Assembly: GCF_009914755.1 (NCBI RefSeq)
Contig: NC_060932.1
Length of the DNA stretch: 64,000 nucleotides
Strand: one strand, 5' to 3'
Source of the DNA: the human T2T-CHM13v2.0 reference genome, Homo sapiens
Shown: piece after piece, positions 56,900-64,000 of the stretch
Numbering within the stretch: the first letter of the stretch is position 1
How the letters are laid out: every line of letters starts with the position of its first letter
Notes under the pieces: generated by a model
What the model was told of the DNA's origin: nothing
Seen by the model: the letters and a program-made list of their open reading frames with translations, nothing else
Databases searched by the model: none
Program-made: the position numbers and the translations under genes

Positions 56900-57462
56900 G
56901 GATTTAATATAAAAACTTTAAAACATTTCTATTGCAAAAATCCATAGATATAGTTAAATGAGACAGTTGACAAACATTATTTTGTATATATTTGTAACAT
57001 AGAATTTTTTTTGTATTTTTATTTTGTATTTTTTGTTTATATTTTGTATATACAATTTTTATATATTTCTATGTGTTTGTAAGTATATACAAGGGATTAA
57101 TATCAACATATAAATTTCCTCAGAGTTAAGAAAAAAAGCTTCAATAGGAAGAAAGGACAAATTATATAAATAGAAAGTACATGAAATAAAAAATATAGAT
57201 AAATGGAATAGGAAATAATTTGGAAAACATGCTTAATACCACTAAGAATCAAATAATTTTAAGTTAAACAATAAGATACATTTTTCATCTATGAGACTAG
57301 CAAGGATAAAGAGTATCTTATTTGATATTTACAAGAAACAGATACTCAATTTACATTGCTAGGTAAAGAGTAAACTTTTAAAAATTGCAAGCCATGAATA
57401 TTTTACTTCTAGGAATTTTTCATATGGAAATAATTAGACAAGTGCCCAAAGTTATAGGTATA
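56900..57462 (+). mobile_element. L1ME-type ORF2 3' fragment (resumes at about 59834-60120 after the provirus)
   Basis: aaaacatgcttaataccactaagaatcaaa...aaacaataagatacattttt...ttttacttctaggaatt. Confidence 0.6.
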
Positions 57463-59833
57463 TGTTTTGTGTTTGCCACTGAAGAGTGGTATCAACCCCT
57501 CACCCAAAATAGTTTTGAATGTGCAGACTGATAAAGCCACACACACACAAAGATGGTATGGAAAGGCTTTTAATTTACATAACAGGACTTTCTGGGAGAG
57601 CATGGCAGAAACCCAAGCCAATCTGCAAAGGCTCCAGTGATGCGAGAGGTGAGAGGTGATGGTTCTGATTGTGGTTAGGGATTGGAGCTGGGGTGAGTGT
57701 TCCTGTGCAGGGCCAGCCACTTGTGTGGTTTGAATTTCCTGCTGGCACCAAAAGACTTTCTTATGGGCCTGCCCAGATGTGGGGCAAAAGGGGCAAGAGA
57801 AGGGGTGGGCCTTAAACGCTGTCAGTGAACAAACACCAAAACTGGAGTCAGACTCTTTATTACAATTCATTCCTGATACCTGATCAATGATGGAAATGTG
57901 CCATGTCTCATTTAATGAAATTTGAACTTAAATAGGCTATTCTGGCATCCTGTGAGGCCTGCACCCTGAGCCTGGTAAGGAATGTAAAAGTTCCATTCAA
58001 GGCTTTGGCGAATGGCCCAGTGTTTTGTATTTTGAGAAATAAAATGAATGCCTTGGTCACCATCAAAAATGACTAGAACTGAAGGGTATAAGGAATGTCT
58101 TGGTGAGGCCTTGTGTCATGCCTCAGGGCACAGAGAGATAGGTGTGACTTTGGTGTGTATTTTAGGTATCTGTGGGACAAAGAATTCCCAGAGTTCTTTC
58201 TAACGGGATAACCTCAGAGAAGGAACTGTTACTGTTAGCATTAATTGGATCAGTTAGCCAGACCATTGTCAATAGCCCAAGAGTCTGTAAAAATGTGCAG
58301 AAAGAGCTTCCTATTGTCCAAGTCATCTTCTAGTGCTAAGGCGATTGCCTGAAGTTTGGTCAGTTGTTGTAACCCTTGGATCTCGTCTTTGATCAGGGAT
58401 ATCCCAGTTGGGGGATAGACAGCAAAAGCTCTCCAGGGAGCTTCAACACATGTGATATCTCTAAAGGTTATGAACACCCTTTCTGATCACTCAGTTGACT
58501 CCTGTGGGCCTCCTAAGTGGTCACTGGGTCCAAAGAGGGATGACCTTCCTCTGGTGTCATCGTACATGACAACGGAATGAGGACAGGGGAAGCTGCTTCC
58601 TCTCATAGGTGGAATATGCCAGAGGGTCCAGGTTTGGGTCTATCTGGAAGCACAATTTCCATTTTCATTAGGAGGTCATTGGCCATGCCAAGACTTCAGG
58701 GTTCTGTCCCTACAACCTGAGACATAACAATCAGCTAAGTTTGGAGAGTCATAGGCTCAGGGCTTGTGGAAGCCTTCATCTCCAGAAGGGCCTTGTATGA
58801 GGCCAGAAATTGCTGCTCCACTGCAATGTGGTATTGGGCTGGGAAGGGCAGTTTCTTGCGTCAGAAACACATGGGCAACTATGGCCACTATGGTTGGTCC
58901 AGTGGCTCTAGGAGGCCTGAGAGGAGGTTGCTAAAGCCTCTACAGGAAGGGGTCTCTGGCATACTAATGGGAGTTCCTGTTGCATAGCAATCTGGATGGA
59001 TTCTAGAGACTACTGCCCCCACCTGCCCCCTCTTTTTTTGTAGAGGACCCAGTTCAAAATGGGGCAATTTGTCAGTGATGACGAATGGCCCAACTTTAAT
59101 TTACTGATGATGCTGGGATTGAGACATGATTCAACCTGAGACAGATGGATAGGTCCTGGCCAAGGCATACAACCCAGATTCACTATAAAGCAGGCCTCAA
59201 TTTCATACTCCTGTCCCTAAATGCTAATTATTGGAACATATGACTTAGGTAGGTTAAGTCTATAACAGACGCTCAGAGTAGGACTCTACAAGTGGATCAG
59301 AACATGGGAATGCTCAAAATACAAGCTTGACAGCAGACAGCCACACAGCTCAAAGCTTGCATGAGTCAGCAGACAACAGGTCAAAGGGCATGTTTGTAAC
59401 AACAAATGATCCAGCTGGCAAGCCAAAGGCAAAAGAAGAAAGACCCAGGAAGTAGGAGTCATCATGTAGAACTTCCTGCTTGTAGCGCCAATTATACCTC
59501 TCAAAATTGGTTCAGATGCTGAGACTGATGATGCCACACATGCAGTAATGGGATAGGAAAAGTTTTTATACTCAAGCAATAGGATCATTCAAAATGGTTT
59601 GCAAAACAGAAGGAAAAATTGGCTTTGATTTTTATTGCATTTGGGGGTTGGAGCTTGGGTGAGGGTTCCTGCAGGATTTGTGTGGCTTGAAGTTCTTCTC
59701 TGTGCTAGGAGTAGCAGCACCAGGCTTTCTTATAGGCTTGCCCAGATGTGGGGCAACTGGGGGAAAATAAGGGATGGGATTTGAAAGGGGTCAGTGGTAT
59801 AATATCAGAAAGGAAGTCAGATTTTTTATTATA
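57463..59833 (-). mobile_element. Internally deleted ERVL-class provirus: two related MER54-like LTRs (57463-57864; ~59491-59833), pol/RNase H remnant and PBS
   Basis: Both LTRs share gactgat..gccacac, ctttcttat.ggc.tgcccagatgtggggcaa and gagtcaga...ttattaca/ttattata; ORF 58250-58477(-) carries the RNase H motif LHIFTDSWAIDNGLA; PBS-like TGGCGCTACAAGCAGGAA (- strand, 59473-59490); flanks GTATA/ATATA. Confidence 0.8.
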
Positions 59834-60996
59834 ATATATTCATCATAATTCTACTTATACTGACAAAGAATTAGAACCAACTTAAATACCCAAGGAGAGG
59901 ATGTGGTCAATAATTTTGTAGCTCCATGCAATGAAATATTGTGAGACTGGAAATATTGATAGGTGAGGAAATTAAGTTATGTAAAGTAGGTGCAATATGA
60001 CTTCATTTTTTGTGAATATGCACATATACATCTAAACACACATACACATATATGCACATAAAATTAGAAGCGAATGCACAAAAATGTTAATGATTACTTC
60101 TGGTAGGATTATAATGAATTTCATTCTGATTTTGTTTATTTGCATTTTCCTTTAACATATATTTGATTTGTTTTTTTTTCCAAAAAAAAAACAAACAAAC
60201 AAACCAAGGCTTTTTATTGAAAGTTTGTTTTTGAAACTTTTGGTTTTTAGGCCATTTCTAGCAATGGGGCCACACATAGTGTGTAGGTGAGAGGTGGAGG
60301 CTTTGCTGCATGTGGCTTTTGTCCTTCTGCTGTGTGTTTTATCATTTTGCCTGGTCTGGTTTAAAGATGATCCAGATGGCCAAAATTCTATGCTGAGTAA
60401 ATAGCTTTGCTGCATGGTCTGTTTAACTCTGATTTACCATGGTTCAGAACATCTTGAATTACTTTTGTATTTATTTTGTAATTTTATAAGCCTGCAAATT
60501 TCAGAAGTAGAAAGATATTCAGAGTTACTATGGTAAATTACTTTCCCCTCCAATTTTTCAGTGCCTTGCCTAGAAAATGATAAGATCTTTATAATAAAAG
60601 TTTTGAATTCTGACAACTGAATAGGGTGAGAATTTGGCCCATCATAAAGATTTCTTTATTAGTAAAGCAAATTCTGTTTAGAGGACACAAACACTTCATA
60701 GTGTGAATGAAGGACATATTGCCAGTGAGGCAATTAAAAACTAATTTGCATGTTTGAAAACAGCATTTCTTTCTCTTAAAAGTGAAACGACACTGCTTGA
60801 AAAAAGTCACTAGGTGTTTGTTTTTTAAATTTTTAATATTTTTAAAATTATAGTCACTAAGAAAAGTATTCATTTAAAAGTTGATTTAGGAAGCAATCTA
60901 AAATTTGGAAGTCTATTATGTGACATTTACTTTCATTATCAGAATATTAATTACAGAGATAACAAATAATGCCCAGTGGGTAATGCTATAGAACTT

Positions 60997-61294
60997 TATT
61001 TTTTTTTTTTTCAATATGGAGTCTCGCTGTGTCTCCCAGGCTGGAGTGCAGTGGCGTGATCTCGGCTCACTACAACCTCCACCTCCCTAGGTTCAAGCAA
61101 TTCTTCTACCTCAACCTCCTGAGTAGCTGGGATTACAGGTGCCCGCTACCACACCCAGGTAATTTTTGTATTTTTAATAGAGACAGGGTTTCACCATGTT
61201 GTCCAGGCTGGCCTCGAACTCATGATCTCAGGTGATCCACCCATCTCGGCCTCCCAAAGTCCTGGGATTACAGGCATGAGCCACAATGCCTGCC
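60997..61294 (-). mobile_element. AluS(x)
   Basis: Full antisense Alu; TSD TGC(T/C)ATAGAACTTT. Confidence 0.94.
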
Positions 61295-61849
61295 TGCCAT
61301 AGAACTTTCTGAAGATGAAAAAAACTTTTGGCAATAAGTGCATTTATTTCATTCTAGTTATTTTAAAATTGATAATTTGGATAACGTATAGTTCCCATTT
61401 AAACATACTAAGCCATGTATCAGAAAACTTATTTTCTTATTGCCAAATATAAAGAATGTATAGAATATGGTTTCCAAAGAAGTTAGTGACATAAGACTAA
61501 AAAAGAAAAAAACTTGTCTTACTTGTCTTACTTCCTTACTTGTCTATTATATTCCACACAGAGTAAGAATTTTTACCCGTATTCTTCATCCATTTCTTGT
61601 TTCCTAAAATTACTCTAACAACTCTTTTTAAGCATTCATTATGTGCCAGTCTTAAATTAGGGGTCAAGATCTCTTCCTTGATGGAATTTACACCTGTCTT
61701 TGTAATTTTAGCCTTATTGAAACTTTTCCAAAGAAGTATTTGTAGTTGACTGATGAGCAGGGTCTGTTTTCAACTCCATTTTCTCAGCATCCCTCCTAGC
61801 TAAGGTGTGGGCACACTGGCTCCAGACTTTGAATGGGAAGAGAGTGTCC

Positions 61850-62145
61850 TGATGAAGCAGAGACCATAGAAAAACAAAATAAAACTGAGCTGGTGACTGA
61901 TGGAAGCAGTAGGGATTGAAAGAGACATCCATTTTCCAGAGGTGGCCATAGTATCTGAGAGGCAAGCTGAGGCATCTGCCAGTAGGGGCTCCGGTGGAGT
62001 TCCTTAGCCTAAGCCTGGTTCTCTGGTCTTCCCTGCAATCCTGTCAGCTACTCAGTATCTTTTAAATCAAGTCTTTTCTTTTTTCTTTTTTTCTGAACAA
62101 AACCATAGTCAGCATCTGCTGCTTGCATCTAAGAACCTAAGTCAT
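61850..62145 (+). mobile_element. Old MaLR/ERVL LTR 3' fragment
   Basis: Ends agtcagcatctgctgcttgcatctaagaacc, typical of old MaLR/ERVL LTR 3' ends. Confidence 0.45.
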
Positions 62146-62562
62146 TTAATATTATTAATCTGATATCATCAAGGAGGGAATAAAATCAGAGTTTAATGAA
62201 GACCTATTTGTCTATAAAGTCCATGCTCTTTCTAATATGTTGTGCTACAGAGATGGCTTCTTTTCCAAGCAAAGCTGCCTCTGGGTCCAGTTTTATAAGA
62301 AAATCACTCTTGGCTCATTAAAACCTGTATACCCTTCTGCAGTGGCACCTCTAATGAGAGCAGGGACAGGCTTTCTCATCCTAACTCAATTCAGGGGTGT
62401 CTGTGATGCTGAAACCATCTTCAGTTCATTCAACTTAGTGAGAAAAAGAGTGCAAAAAAATGGCTGTAAAAATAAAGCTTAGCATTGTGGAAGTGGCTCA
62501 TTGACTTACTGTGTATCTTAGTTTTCAGGTCATTGTTTTGTCATCAAGTATAAAATAAAAGT

Positions 62563-62883
<321 letters not shown>

Positions 62884-63357
62884 AAAATAACAATTTTAAA
62901 GTAAAACCTGGTCATCTTCTGTTAGTGATGGCCAGGCTGTGTGAGGTGTTATAGAGCTGGAGCTGGGGCCCCGGTCACAATGTCTTATTCCACTCACCCC
63001 TGCTGTTTTGTGGAACGTGCTGTCAAGATTTATGTTTGTTTTGAAGTTAATTAGTCTGATGTAAACCTTATGTGCTTCTGATTAATTAGTTTGACACTAG
63101 CTAACTCTGATATGCATGTATGATCTGGGACAACATAGGTTGGGGGTGGAGGAGGGCTGGTGGCTCCCAGGAGGCAGTGGATGGGAGGTCTTCCCCTAAG
63201 AGGACACTCCATCCTCTCCATTCTCCATTTTATTCTAACAAAACCTGCATACATTTTACACTGACTTGGAGAAAAAAAAAAGTTCACAGCTCACACTGTG
63301 TTTTCATGACTCACCATTTTTCATGTTTGGACTAGTTTTCTGACAGTTTCTTTTTTC

Positions 63358-63389
<32 letters not shown>

Positions 63390-64000
63390 CAAACCTCTGG
63401 GTGTATTTTGTGAAATTTTGATGGTAGTTGTAAGTCTCCTTTTTGTGTACCAGAGCCCTTCATGAGGAAATACTTGCTTTTTCAGATTGTCTTACCTCTT
63501 CTCCTTCCCAGATTGATGACGAAGTCTTAGGGCAGTTTGCCATGTGTCGGTGGCTGGTGGAGGGGGTGTTAGGAGGGAGGGCTTCAGATCTGCAGGAGAG
63601 TCCCAGAGTTGTTTTCTGGCTCCCTATTGGACTCTACAGCCTGGTTACTCTTGTCCACAAGGTCACTGCTACCCCTGCCTGCTGCAGCCTGTGGCTGGAG
63701 AGCATATAAAAAGCTCACTTGTACAAAAGTATTTGTAAGGAGACTAGGGTCAGCTGCTTCTCCTCTCCTCTTCCTGCCCAAACTTTTTCTTCTATACCTT
63801 CCCCCATCTTCCTCTTCCAGTCCTGCTTCTCGGAAAGAACCAGTTAAGGCCCATCCTCCCTCCACAGGGCACCTAAGAACTGTGGATACCTTCTACATAG
63901 TGTGCAGGCTGCTGGCAGAAGTTCTAGAAGGATAAACTCAGACCTGACTTCTCCTTCACTGCACCATGTCCATGTGTTTACTGTGTGGTGGCCACTCCAT

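Noticed and set aside
57409-57870. 153-aa minus-strand ORF
   Set aside because: Lies almost wholly in the MER54-like LTR and has no protein motif; chance frame.
61512-61545. Short ACTTGTCTT tandem repeat
   Set aside because: About 3.5 imperfect units; trivial slippage.

Overview
AT-rich primate (human-like) non-coding DNA, either intronic or intergenic. I see no recognisable host protein-coding gene, no tRNA/rRNA/snRNA and no CpG island. Much of the window is interspersed repeat: Alus of the J, S and Y classes, L1 fragments of several ages, L2/MIR, MaLR/ERVL/ERV1 LTRs, a deleted ERVL-class provirus, and hAT and mariner DNA-transposon relics. The only long ORF (729 aa) is the RT/C-terminal part of ORF2 in a 5'-truncated L1PA4/5-like copy; almost all other listed ORFs are Alu/L1/LTR or chance frames. 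I found no convincing new multi-gene system. The most interesting signals are small-scale: a near-perfect 47-bp hairpin inside an ancient L1, abutting double hairpins, two MADE1 (miR-548-type) hairpins, several + strand exon-like units, a locally templated 20-bp insertion, serial Alu insertions at one target site, and intact DUX4-type motifs in MaLR LTRs. Repeat subfamily names come from memory of consensus sequences, and boundaries without target-site duplications (TSDs) are approximate.
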